This document shows positions 35,185 through 43,564 of a DNA stretch of 64,000 nucleotides, one piece after another (within the stretch, counting starts at the first letter, position 1; each line of letters starts with the position of its first letter). The notes below the pieces were generated by a model. The model saw only the letters and a program-made list of their open reading frames with translations, was not told the origin of the DNA and made no database searches. The stretch is from an uncultured Sandaracinaceae bacterium. GTDB taxonomy: Bacteria; Myxococcota_A; Polyangia; Polyangiales; Houyiibacteriaceae. The position numbers were made by a program, and so were the translations under genes. The stretch is from the NCBI GenBank assembly GCA_964510015.1, contig CAZEAA010000002.1, positions 427 to 64,426 on the forward strand, read 5' to 3'.

Positions 35185-35831
35185 GCCACGCACCTCGCGA
35201 GCGCGGCGAACAGCGAGGCGCCGTCCATGAGTCCAACCAGACGCTCTCCATCGTGGACGACGCCGCTCACGTGAGGGGACAGAGATCGAGAGAGCGTCGC
35301 TGGTGCGGGCAGCACGTCGGCGTCCGCGAAGCGGCGAATGCCGTCCACCTCGTCTACCCGCAGGCTGAAGCGTCCGTTTGGGTCCTCGATCACCACGAGT
35401 CGAGCGCGGGCTCCCGCGCCATCGTCGGAGGGGATGTCGAGGAGCGCGCGCAGGGAGACCGACAAGACCACCTGACCCCTCACGTTGACCAGCCCTTCGA
35501 ACGCTCCTCCGGTGCGGTGGGTGAGCGGGAACGCGCGCCGGGCCTCGGTGACCTCGACGCAGCTGGCCGACGGAATGCCCAGCCACTCGTTGCCCACCCG
35601 GAGGGTGAGGTAGGTGGTGGACGGACCGAGTGGCGGAGCCTCGGGCGTGGCCAGCCGCTCGGTCCACTCCGATCGGTAGCCGGGGGGCATCGGCCGGTCG
35701 AACAGTCCACGCGCCGTGTCGGCGAACACCGGGCAACGCAGGCAGTGCACGTGCGTCACGAGCTCCGCGCAGGTTCGGTCGCCGTACACGCCCACGCGCT
35801 CGAAGCAGCTGGGTTCACCCGCGGTGCTCAC
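35181..35831 (-). CDS. cheW: CheW-like coupling protein, WspD-like, with N-terminal 4-Cys motif
   Basis: Track ORF, 216 aa with a GTGA overlap with cheR. The N-terminus is CFERVGVYGDRTCAELVTHVHCLRCPVF, and a CheW domain follows (LTLRVGNEWLGIP...). Confidence 0.8.
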   Translation of the reverse strand: MSTAGEPSCFERVGVYGDRTCAELVTHVHCLRCPVFADTARGLFDRPMPPGYRSEWTERLATPEAPPLGPSTTYLTLRVGNEWLGIPSASCVEVTEARRAFPLTHRTGGAFEGLVNVRGQVVLSVSLRALLDIPSDDGAGARARLVVIEDPNGRFSLRVDEVDGIRRFADADVLPAPATLSRSLSPHVSGVVHDGERLVGLMDGASLFAALARCVA

Positions 35832-37117
35832 GACTCACCGCCCTTCGGGCGTTGACGGCTTGCGCGTGCTCGGAACTGGGCCGCGCTCGGGTCTCCCCGA
35901 CGCTCGCGCAAGAGCGCCATGTTCACCAGGCTCGCGTAGTGCTCGCTGTCGAGGTAGATGGCCCGCGAGAGGCAGCGCTCGGCCTCCTCGAGGCGCCCCT
36001 CCTCCTGGCAGATCACGCCGAGCAGGTGGAAGGCATCGGCGGTGGGACGCGCCAGCGCCTCCTCGACGAGCACCCGGGCCTCGGCCAGCGCCCCCTGGTC
36101 GGCGAGCGCGCGCGCGACCGCGAGCGGATCGCGCTCTTCGGTCTCCGCACGGCGCGGCGTCTCGGACGCCGGACCCGTTGCCGCTCGCGCGAGCACCACG
36201 CCACGCGCCGTGTCGGCGCTCGTGACCGGGGCAGCGGGCGGCTGGCGCGGGGAGGTCCTTCCGAGCGGTGTCCGTGGGCCCGACGGGGTTCGTGGCGGCA
36301 GCGCGGGCGTCACGCTCGCCGAGCTGTCGTGGATGCGCTCGTAGCCGAACGCCCGGACGTCGGGCAGCCGGCGCAGACCGTCGTCGAACCCCGCGAGAGA
36401 CTCCGCGTGGCCCACGAACAGCAGGCCGCCCACCACCAAGCTGGCACGCAGCGTGGCCACCAACGCCTCTCGTGCCCGTCGGTCGAAGTAGATGAGCAGG
36501 TTGCGGCAGAAGATGACGTCGTAGGCGAGGGCGCCGCGCAGGACGTCGGGATCCACGGCGTTTCCCCGACGAAACGACACGCTCTCCCGCGCGGCCGGCA
36601 CGAGCGCGAAGTGTTCGCCGCTCGGCACGAACCAATGCGGCTTCGAGAGCTCTGCCCGCGGGCTGCGAAACGAGCTGTTCCGGTAGAGCCCGGCGGCCGC
36701 ACGCGCGAGGGCGGCGGTGCTCACGTCCATGCCGTCCACCCGAAACTGCGACGGCTGTAGGCCCGCCTCGCGAAGCGCGATGGCGATCGAGTACGTCTCT
36801 TCTCCCGTGGCACACGGGAGACTCAGCACGCGCAGTGGCGCGTTCGCGTCAGGGGAACGTCTCCGGGCGTGGCGAGCCAGCTCCATGAACGGGTTCTCGT
36901 CGCGGAAGAACCACGTCTCCGGGACCACGAGCGCCTCCACCAGCGCGTCGAGCTCCGCCGCATCGCGCTGCAGCGTCTCGTACCACAGCGCCGGCGACAA
37001 CCCCGTGGCCCGCACCCGGGCGCGGATGGCGTCGTCGTAGACGGCGTCGCCGAGGGTGGTGGGCGAGAACCCCACGTGGTCCCGGAGCAGGGCGCGCACG
37101 GCAGCACCCACGTTCAT
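35828..37117 (-). CDS. cheR: Chemotaxis methyltransferase CheR/WspC-like with C-terminal TPR
   Basis: Track ORF, 429 aa. Motifs are ETWFFRD, LRVLSLPCATGEETYSIA and DVIFCRNLLIYF. The C-terminal 100 aa are TPR-like (FHLLGVICQEEGRLEEAERCLSRAIYLD). Confidence 0.85.
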   Translation of the reverse strand: MNVGAAVRALLRDHVGFSPTTLGDAVYDDAIRARVRATGLSPALWYETLQRDAAELDALVEALVVPETWFFRDENPFMELARHARRRSPDANAPLRVLSLPCATGEETYSIAIALREAGLQPSQFRVDGMDVSTAALARAAAGLYRNSSFRSPRAELSKPHWFVPSGEHFALVPAARESVSFRRGNAVDPDVLRGALAYDVIFCRNLLIYFDRRAREALVATLRASLVVGGLLFVGHAESLAGFDDGLRRLPDVRAFGYERIHDSSASVTPALPPRTPSGPRTPLGRTSPRQPPAAPVTSADTARGVVLARAATGPASETPRRAETEERDPLAVARALADQGALAEARVLVEEALARPTADAFHLLGVICQEEGRLEEAERCLSRAIYLDSEHYASLVNMALLRERRGDPSAAQFRARASRQRPKGGES

Positions 37118-37554
37118 GGCGCCGCCATCAGGGAGCGCAGCTCGGGAGGCATCGCGCCGGCGAGAACGAGCATGTGTACGGGGCGCCCATCGATGACCAC
37201 GGCGTCCGCGACCGCCGGGTGACGCGAGACGTCGAGGCGCCGTTCGGGCGCCGGCAGACGGCGCATGGATATTCGGCCGACGAGCACGCCCACCAGCCCA
37301 TCGCGGGTGCGCGACAGCACCACGCGGACGGCGAGGCTGTCGCCGGTGGCCACGCCCGCGAGCGCCAGCGCCAGATCGACGACGGGCACGACGGTGCCGC
37401 CATACGAGAACGTGCCGAGCAGCGCAGGAGGCGCGCCCGGCAAGGGCCGCAGCGTGGGCAGCGGCAGCACCGTGACGACGTCCGCGCAGAGGATCGCGAA
37501 CAGGTCGCCTCCGACTTGGACGATCAGGGCCGCCGGCTCTAGGGGTGGGCTCAC
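37114..37554 (-). CDS. cheW: CheW coupling protein (WspB-like)
   Basis: Track ORF, 146 aa. GTG 37554 overlaps the MCP stop (GTGA), and its stop overlaps the cheR ATG (ATGA). The CheW-domain pattern is LIVQVGGDLFAI...GTFSYGGTVVPVVDL. Confidence 0.75.
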   Translation of the reverse strand: MSPPLEPAALIVQVGGDLFAILCADVVTVLPLPTLRPLPGAPPALLGTFSYGGTVVPVVDLALALAGVATGDSLAVRVVLSRTRDGLVGVLVGRISMRRLPAPERRLDVSRHPAVADAVVIDGRPVHMLVLAGAMPPELRSLMAAP

Positions 37555-39206
37555 TCGCTCACCCGGAAGTGCGCGATCTCGTTGCGCAGACCACCGACCG
37601 CGTCTCGCAGGTGCTCCGTGGCGGCGTTGAACTCGCGAACGGACGCGGCGGTGTGACGCGCCCCGTCGGTCAGGGACCGCATGGCCTCGTCGATCTGGCG
37701 GGCGCCCTGGTTCTGGCTGCGCATGCCTTCGCCCACCTGCTCGAAGCGATCGCTGGCCGACTTCACCTGCTCGATGATGCCGCCGAAGCGCAGCCCGACG
37801 TCGCTCGCGATGGCGACGCCCTTCTCCACGTCGTGGGCGAACCGCTCCATCTCCGCGACGCCGGTGGTCACGGCGCTCTGCATCTGCCGCACGATCTGCT
37901 CGATGTTCAGCGTGGACACGGCGGTCTGGTCCGCGAGGCGCCGAATCTCGCGGGCGAGCACCAGGAACCCGAGGCCGTGCTCGCCCGCCTTCTCGGCTTC
38001 GATCGCGGCGTTCACGCTCAGCAGGTGGGTCTGGTCGGCGATCTTGGTGATGGTGGTGACCACCAGGTTGATGTCGCCGGCCTTGTCGCGAATGGTGGCC
38101 AGCTTGCTCGAGATCCCGGTGGAGGAGCTGGCCAGCCCGCGCATGCGCTGGTCGAGGCTCACGATGGACGCACGGCCGTCTTCGGCGATGTCGGCCGTCT
38201 GGTTGGCCGTCCGCGAGACGTCTTCCATGGCCGACAGCAGCTCCTGGCTGGTGGCGCTGATCTCCTTCACCGCGGCGGCGATCTGGCTGCTCGAGGCGCC
38301 GAAGCCCGCGGCCGTGGCCTCTTGCGACGCGGTGGTCGCGGCGAACTCCGTGGCGGTGGACATGAGCTCCACGCTCGAGCGCTTCACGCGCGTCACCAGG
38401 CTCTCGAGGCTCTCGGCCATGGCGCGGATCGAGACCAAGAGTGCGCCGGCTTCGTCGCTTCCCTCCGCGGCGACGCGCACGGTGAGGTCGCCGGCAGCCA
38501 CGCGCTCGGCGGCGGCGGTGGCCGCGCTCACCCGTCGCACCAGGCGCCTAGCCACCCCGCGGGCGTACATGCCGAGCGCGAGGGCCAGCACCAGCCCGCC
38601 GATCCCCAGCGCGAGCAACGTGGACATCCCCGAGCGCAGCTCGCTCGTCGCGGTCGCCTCGTGCATGCGGTTGCGCTCGGTGGCGAGCACCACCACGCGA
38701 TCGATCGCGCGCCGGTGCGCGGCGTAGTGTTGGTAGAGTTCGCCGCGCGCGAGCTGCGTCGCTGCGGCCTGATCGCCGGCGCGGACGGCGGCCATGAACA
38801 CGCTGTCGCGTGCCTCGTAGAACGCGACCGCCGCTCGATACGAGTCGTCGACCATCGCACTGCGGAGCGGGCCCGGCGGCAGATCCCGGTCCCAGCGGAG
38901 GTGGGTGGTCTCGTACTCCCCTCTCAACTGACTTCCTCGCGCGACGAACTCCGCGATGCGGTCCGGGTTGGTCTCCTGTGTGAGCTGGAGAACCAACAGG
39001 TAGGACTCGACGATGTACTCGGGTGGCGGTAGGACGTCTGCGATCAGGTCTTTCCCCTCGATGATCGAGTCATACAAGGGACCCTTGACGCGAACAGTCT
39101 CGATTGTGACCCACGCACGGTGCGCGAAGCCCACGAAGAGGCTGACCTGGAGGGCCACGAGGATGAAGATTTGACCGGCAATCCCTATGTTGATTCGTCG
39201 ATCCAC
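37551..39206 (-). CDS. Methyl-accepting chemotaxis protein (WspA-like): 2 TM, periplasmic helical sensor, HAMP, signalling domain
   Basis: Track ORF 37551..39389 extends across the divergent gene's start. I prefer GTG 39206 (MDRRINIGIAGQIFILVALQVSLFVGF); the start is uncertain. The highly conserved tip is ITKIADQTHLLSVNAAIEAEKAGEHGLGFLVLAREIRRLADQT. Confidence 0.8.
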   Translation of the reverse strand: MDRRINIGIAGQIFILVALQVSLFVGFAHRAWVTIETVRVKGPLYDSIIEGKDLIADVLPPPEYIVESYLLVLQLTQETNPDRIAEFVARGSQLRGEYETTHLRWDRDLPPGPLRSAMVDDSYRAAVAFYEARDSVFMAAVRAGDQAAATQLARGELYQHYAAHRRAIDRVVVLATERNRMHEATATSELRSGMSTLLALGIGGLVLALALGMYARGVARRLVRRVSAATAAAERVAAGDLTVRVAAEGSDEAGALLVSIRAMAESLESLVTRVKRSSVELMSTATEFAATTASQEATAAGFGASSSQIAAAVKEISATSQELLSAMEDVSRTANQTADIAEDGRASIVSLDQRMRGLASSSTGISSKLATIRDKAGDINLVVTTITKIADQTHLLSVNAAIEAEKAGEHGLGFLVLAREIRRLADQTAVSTLNIEQIVRQMQSAVTTGVAEMERFAHDVEKGVAIASDVGLRFGGIIEQVKSASDRFEQVGEGMRSQNQGARQIDEAMRSLTDGARHTAASVREFNAATEHLRDAVGGLRNEIAHFRVSE

Positions 39207-39294
39207 GAAGTACTCGTTTCGGCCATGTTTCCGGGCTGTTTCTGCGCAGTGCGAAGCTTGACTGGCTCTCTCGCATGATATCCTGCGTCGACTC

Positions 39295-40299
39295 ATGGAT
39301 GAACTAAAACCTGTCGTCTTGCTCGTCGATGACCAGCGCATGGTCGGCGAGGCGGTGCGTCGAATGCTCGCTTCCGAAGCCGACATCACGTTTCATTTCT
39401 GCATCGATCCCACCGTCGCTCTCGAGCGCGCCATCGAAGTTCATCCCACGATCATTCTGCAAGACCTCGTCATGCCGGGGGTCGACGGGTTCATGCTGCT
39501 GGCGAGCTACCGCTCGACCCCTGCCATCCGCGACGTCCCGGTGGTGGTGCTGTCGTCGAACGAGGAGCCGAAGGACAAGAGCCGAGCGTTCGCCGAGGGC
39601 GCCGCCGACTACCTCGTGAAGCTGCCCGACCCGGTGGAGCTGGTGGCCCGCGTGAGGGCGCACTCACGTCGCTTTCTCCTCGAGCGGGCCCGCGAGCGCA
39701 TGCTCCGCGAGCTGCAAGAGACCCAGCAGCAGCTCGAGGCCAGCAACGCCCGGCTCCACCTGCTCTCGTCGGTGGACGGGCTCACCGGAATCGCCAATCG
39801 GCGCATCTTCGACGACACGCTGGCGCGCGAAGCCCGCCGAGCCGAGCGCGAGGGAGACGTCCTCTCCGTGGTCCTGGTGGACATCGACTACTTCAAGCGC
39901 TTCAACGACTCCTACGGGCACCAGGGCGGCGACGAAGCGCTGCGGCAGGTCGCGCAGGCGCTCGCCAGCGTGGCGCGGCGAGCAGGCGACACCGTGGCGC
40001 GCTACGGTGGAGAAGAGTTCGCGTTCGTGCTGCCGTCCACGTCGCTCGACGGAGCCCTGCGTGTCGCCGAAGACGCGCGTGCCGCCGTTCACCGCCTCGC
40101 GATCGAGCATCGGTCGTCGGACGTCAGCGATCACGTCACCCTCAGCCTCGGGGTGGCGACCGCCGTCGCCGCGGGTGCGGCCATCGACGTGACCAACCTG
40201 ATCACGCGCGCGGACGCCGCCCTCTACGAAGCGAAGCGGAACGGGCGCAACCGGGCGGAGTGCGACCCCGGCTCGGCGCTCGGCGCCTCGCTCACGTAG
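39295..40299 (+). CDS. wspR: Response-regulator diguanylate cyclase, WspR-like (REC-GGDEF)
   Basis: Track ORF, 334 aa. Motifs are VLLVDDQ, ILQDLVMPGVDG, DYLVKLPD, GGEEF (RYGGEEF) and the I-site RAGD five residues upstream. By memory, it closely parallels P. aeruginosa WspR. Confidence 0.85.
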   Translation: MDELKPVVLLVDDQRMVGEAVRRMLASEADITFHFCIDPTVALERAIEVHPTIILQDLVMPGVDGFMLLASYRSTPAIRDVPVVVLSSNEEPKDKSRAFAEGAADYLVKLPDPVELVARVRAHSRRFLLERARERMLRELQETQQQLEASNARLHLLSSVDGLTGIANRRIFDDTLAREARRAEREGDVLSVVLVDIDYFKRFNDSYGHQGGDEALRQVAQALASVARRAGDTVARYGGEEFAFVLPSTSLDGALRVAEDARAAVHRLAIEHRSSDVSDHVTLSLGVATAVAAGAAIDVTNLITRADAALYEAKRNGRNRAECDPGSALGASLT

Positions 40300-40336
40300 G
40301 AGGCGACGCGGGGCTGGGCTACACTGCACGCGAATC

Positions 40337-40891
40337 ATGCGCCACTCGCTGCACGCCCTGCCGCTCCTCGCCCTCGGCCTCCTGCTCCATCCGCTGCTCA
40401 CGAGCTGCCAGGAGGGCAGCAGCAGCCTGCCTCTGGTGATCAACGAGGTGCACGCCACACCGCCCGAGTGGGTGGAGATCCTGAACCTCAGCGATCAGGC
40501 GCAGCCGCTGCGTGACGTGCAGCTGATGGGCAGCGACGCGGACGGCAACCCCACCGAAGAGCGCACCCAGCTGCCCGACATCGCCATCCTGCCCAACGAG
40601 CACCTGGTGGTGGCGCTCGGACGGCTGGAAGCCGACGGCGAGCTCCACAACGCGCGGGAGTGCGGCATCGAGGGCGTGAGCGAGTGCCTGTTCGCCACGT
40701 TCCGCGTGCGCGCGGACGAAGGGGAGACGGTCTTCCTCTTCGAGGGCTCGCGGCACATCGACTCGTTCACCTACGCGCCGCGCGGTGCCTCCTTGGACCA
40801 GTCGCAGTGCCGGCTGCCCAACGGGACGGGGCTCGAGCGCGCCTGCACCGCGACGCCGTCGGAAGAGAACGAGGCGGTCGCCGCCCCCTGA
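40337..40891 (+). CDS. Lamin-tail-domain (LTD) lipoprotein
   Basis: Track ORF, 184 aa. The lipobox is LLTSC. LVINEVHATPPEWVEILNLS is the LTD N-terminal signature. Confidence 0.6.
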   Translation: MRHSLHALPLLALGLLLHPLLTSCQEGSSSLPLVINEVHATPPEWVEILNLSDQAQPLRDVQLMGSDADGNPTEERTQLPDIAILPNEHLVVALGRLEADGELHNARECGIEGVSECLFATFRVRADEGETVFLFEGSRHIDSFTYAPRGASLDQSQCRLPNGTGLERACTATPSEENEAVAAP

Positions 40892-40912
40892 GCTGCCCCA
40901 AGCGCGTGGCCC

Positions 40913-41911
40913 TCACTCGAGGATGAGGCGGGTGACGACGATGCCACCGGGCGTGGTGCCGTCGAACTCGCTGCCCACGCCGAGCTGGATGCGGAAGCGC
41001 GGCACCACCTGCCAGTGGATCTGGGCGAGCAGCAGCCCCGCGTGGTGGCCGCCCAGCCCGAGCGCGATGTTGCCTTCGAGCCCGAGCGTGACGGCCTCGT
41101 CGACGTCGTAGAACACGCTCGGGTTGATCAGCACCTGCTGATGCGCGTTGCTCTCCGCCGTGGTGCGGAAGCCCGCCATCGCGAACAGACTCACGTGCCC
41201 GACGCTGCCGCCCGCCAGGTAGAGCGCGGCGACCTCGGCGACGTCGTCGTCGAGCAGGTACTCGCCGATCACCTGAACGCCGTGCGTGAGGCTCTCCGAG
41301 CGCGTGGGGATGGTGTACTGCACCGCCGCCTTCAGCGCGTGGACGTGGCGGTCCACCATGGGCAGCTCCAGCTCCACGGCGAACCCGTCCGCGATGGCCC
41401 ACTCGGCCTCCGGCGCCCAGGTGGTGGCGGCGGCGCCCCCGCGGCGTGGCCTCACCGAGAACAGCACGTTGGTCTCGAGCTCGCCGGCGTGCGCACCGAG
41501 CCCGCGGACGAGGTCGAAGTTCAGCGGCTCGGGGATGTGCGGCGCGGATCCGATGAAGAGACCGGCGCGGCGCGGGTCGGACTCGCCGTCTTCCACGCGG
41601 CCATCGCGGTCGACGTCTTCGTCACCATCGAGCACGCCGTCGCTGTCCGTATCGGGGTCCAGCGGCTCGGTCCCCGTGCGCCGCTCGACGCTGTCGGAGA
41701 TGCCGTCCCCGTCGGCGTCCGGTTGGTCGCGCTCACGCTCACGTTCTTCGGCCGCCACCTCCTCGATGGCATGCCCCAGGGGGACCGACGGCCCGGGCTC
41801 TTCGGGGGCGTGGGCTCGCGCCGCGTTCGCGCAGCACACGACGCCGGCGGCCAGGATCAGACGAAGGACGAGAAGGGGGGCGTCTCGGACGACGCGCGCG
41901 CTGACAGCCAT
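40913..41911 (-). CDS. Secreted/outer-membrane protein with thrombospondin type-3 (Ca-binding) repeats and a beta-rich C-terminal domain
   Basis: Track ORF 40913..41938. ATG 41911 gives the signal MAVSARVV...LILAAGVVCCANAARAHA. The repeats are DADGDGISD and DPDTDSDGVLDGDEDVDRDG. The C-terminus alternates hydrophobic residues. Confidence 0.55.
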   Translation of the reverse strand: MAVSARVVRDAPLLVLRLILAAGVVCCANAARAHAPEEPGPSVPLGHAIEEVAAEERERERDQPDADGDGISDSVERRTGTEPLDPDTDSDGVLDGDEDVDRDGRVEDGESDPRRAGLFIGSAPHIPEPLNFDLVRGLGAHAGELETNVLFSVRPRRGGAAATTWAPEAEWAIADGFAVELELPMVDRHVHALKAAVQYTIPTRSESLTHGVQVIGEYLLDDDVAEVAALYLAGGSVGHVSLFAMAGFRTTAESNAHQQVLINPSVFYDVDEAVTLGLEGNIALGLGGHHAGLLLAQIHWQVVPRFRIQLGVGSEFDGTTPGGIVVTRLILE

Positions 41912-41977
41912 GAAGCCGGGCCAACACGGCCGGCACAAATCTGTTCCCTGCGTGACGTCCCGCCTTGACGCGGAAGT

Positions 41978-41998
41978 CTATTGACTGTAGTTCAATAG
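41978..41998. promoter_or_regulatory. Inverted repeat CTATTGA-N7-TCAATAG (operator-like) upstream of the monooxygenase gene
   Basis: The 7-bp arms are perfect, in an AT-richer intergenic patch 22 nt before ATG 42020. TTGACG (41965-70) and TTGACT (41981-86) are nearby. Confidence 0.35.
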
Positions 41999-42019
41999 GG
42001 AACCTCTCAAGGAGTCGAC

Positions 42020-43564
42020 ATGAACAGCGAACACGTGGACGTGCTGATCGTCGGAGCGGGCCTCTCGGGCATTGGAGCGGCGCATCAGATCCAGGCGGAG
42101 TGTCCCTCGAAGTCCTTCTTGCTGCTCGAGGCGCGCGAGGTGATCGGCGGTACCTGGGACCTCTTCCGCTACCCCGGCGTCCGCTCGGACTCCGACATGT
42201 ACACGCTGGGCTATCGCTTCCGCCCGTGGACGGGGGCCAAGTCCCTCGCCGACGGACCTTCGATCTTGCGGTACATCCGCGACACCGCGCGCGAGGCCGG
42301 CATCGACCGGAAGATCCGCTTCCACCACAAGGTGGTGCGCGCCGAGTGGTCGAGCGAGACGCGCCGCTGGACCGTGACGGCCGAGAGAAGCGACACGGGC
42401 GAGCGGGTCCAGTTCACCGCTGGCTTCGTCTACAACTGCAGCGGCTACTACCGCTACGACGCGGGCTACACCCCGGACTTCCCGGGCATGGAGCGCTTCG
42501 CGGGGCAGGTCATCCATCCCCAGCGCTGGCCCGAGACGCTGGACTACACGGGCAAGCGCGTGCTGGTCATCGGCAGCGGCGCCACGGCCGTGACGCTGGT
42601 GCCCTCCATGGCGGACGCCGCGGCGCACGTGACCATGCTGCAGCGCTCGCCCACCTACGTGGTGAGCGTGCCGGGCCAGGACCCGTTCGCCACGAAGGCG
42701 CGCCAGTACCTGCCCGAGGCCGCGGCGTACTCGCTGACGCGCTGGAAGAACGTGATGCTGAGCGCGGGCATCTACCAGTTCGCGCAGCGGCGCCCCGAGA
42801 AGATGAAGGCCTTCATCCGCAAGATGCTGGTGCGCCAGCTGCCCTCGGACTTCGACGTCGATACGCACTTCAAGCCCCGCTACAACCCGTGGGATCAACG
42901 CCTCTGCGCCGTGCCCGACGGCGACCTCTTCAAGTCCATCCGCAAGGGCAAGGTCTCGGTGGTCACGGACACCATCGAGACGTTCACGGAGAAGGGCGTG
43001 CGCTTGCACTCGGGCAAGGAGCTCGAGGCCGACATCATCGTCACCGCCACGGGGTTCACGCTGCAGATGATGGGCGGCGCGCAGCTGGTGGTGGACGGGC
43101 AGGTCGTGCGGCTCTCCGAGAAGATGACCTACAAGGGTATGATGCTGAGCGACGTGCCGAACTCGGCGTTCACCATCGGCTACACCAACTCGTCGTGGAC
43201 GCTGAAGGCCGACCTGGTGGCCGAGTACGTCTGCCGCATGCTCAACTTCATGGACGAGCAGGGCTACGACGTGGCCGTGGCGCGCAACGACGACCCGAGC
43301 GTGCGGCAGAGCCCGCTGATGGACTTCGGCGCGGGCTACGTGCAGCGCTCGCTCGAGGAGCTGCCCACGCAAGGGTCCAAGTGGCCCTGGAAGCTGGGCA
43401 TGAGCTATCCCGTGGACGTGGTCACGCTGCGCCACGGGTCGGTGGACGACGGCGTGATGCGCTTCAGCCGCGGGGCGATGGGGGCTATTCGGTCCGCAGC
43501 GCCGCAACGGGGTCGAGCTGAGCAGCCCGCCGCGCCGGCCCCACTCCGAACAGCAGGCCGATAG
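42020..43564 (+). CDS. Flavin-dependent Baeyer-Villiger/EthA-like monooxygenase
   Basis: Track ORF, 514 aa, with AAGGAG upstream. It has FAD GxGxxG (VGAGLSG), the BVMO fingerprint FAGQVIHPQRW and the NADP site GSGATA. Confidence 0.85.
   Translation: MNSEHVDVLIVGAGLSGIGAAHQIQAECPSKSFLLLEAREVIGGTWDLFRYPGVRSDSDMYTLGYRFRPWTGAKSLADGPSILRYIRDTAREAGIDRKIRFHHKVVRAEWSSETRRWTVTAERSDTGERVQFTAGFVYNCSGYYRYDAGYTPDFPGMERFAGQVIHPQRWPETLDYTGKRVLVIGSGATAVTLVPSMADAAAHVTMLQRSPTYVVSVPGQDPFATKARQYLPEAAAYSLTRWKNVMLSAGIYQFAQRRPEKMKAFIRKMLVRQLPSDFDVDTHFKPRYNPWDQRLCAVPDGDLFKSIRKGKVSVVTDTIETFTEKGVRLHSGKELEADIIVTATGFTLQMMGGAQLVVDGQVVRLSEKMTYKGMMLSDVPNSAFTIGYTNSSWTLKADLVAEYVCRMLNFMDEQGYDVAVARNDDPSVRQSPLMDFGAGYVQRSLEELPTQGSKWPWKLGMSYPVDVVTLRHGSVDDGVMRFSRGAMGAIRSAAPQRGRAEQPAAPAPLRTAGR

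Noticed and set aside
33283-35736. Long N-terminal extensions of composite track ORFs (also 31724..33283, 45441..47579, 49209..50489, 49934..51517, 50051..51856, 55827..58265, 58288..59421, 60470..63943)
   Set aside because: The upstream parts are Arg/Pro/Gly-rich, overlap the neighbouring gene in another frame, and precede internal starts. Those internal starts give proper signal peptides, 4-bp coupling overlaps or domain boundaries.
39207-39389. MCP start at ATG 39296 or 39389
   Set aside because: Either start would overlap or abut the divergent wspR-like start codon (39295) and add an Arg/Ser-rich non-TM extension. GTG 39206 gives a conventional short cytoplasmic N-terminus followed by TM1. 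The call remains uncertain.
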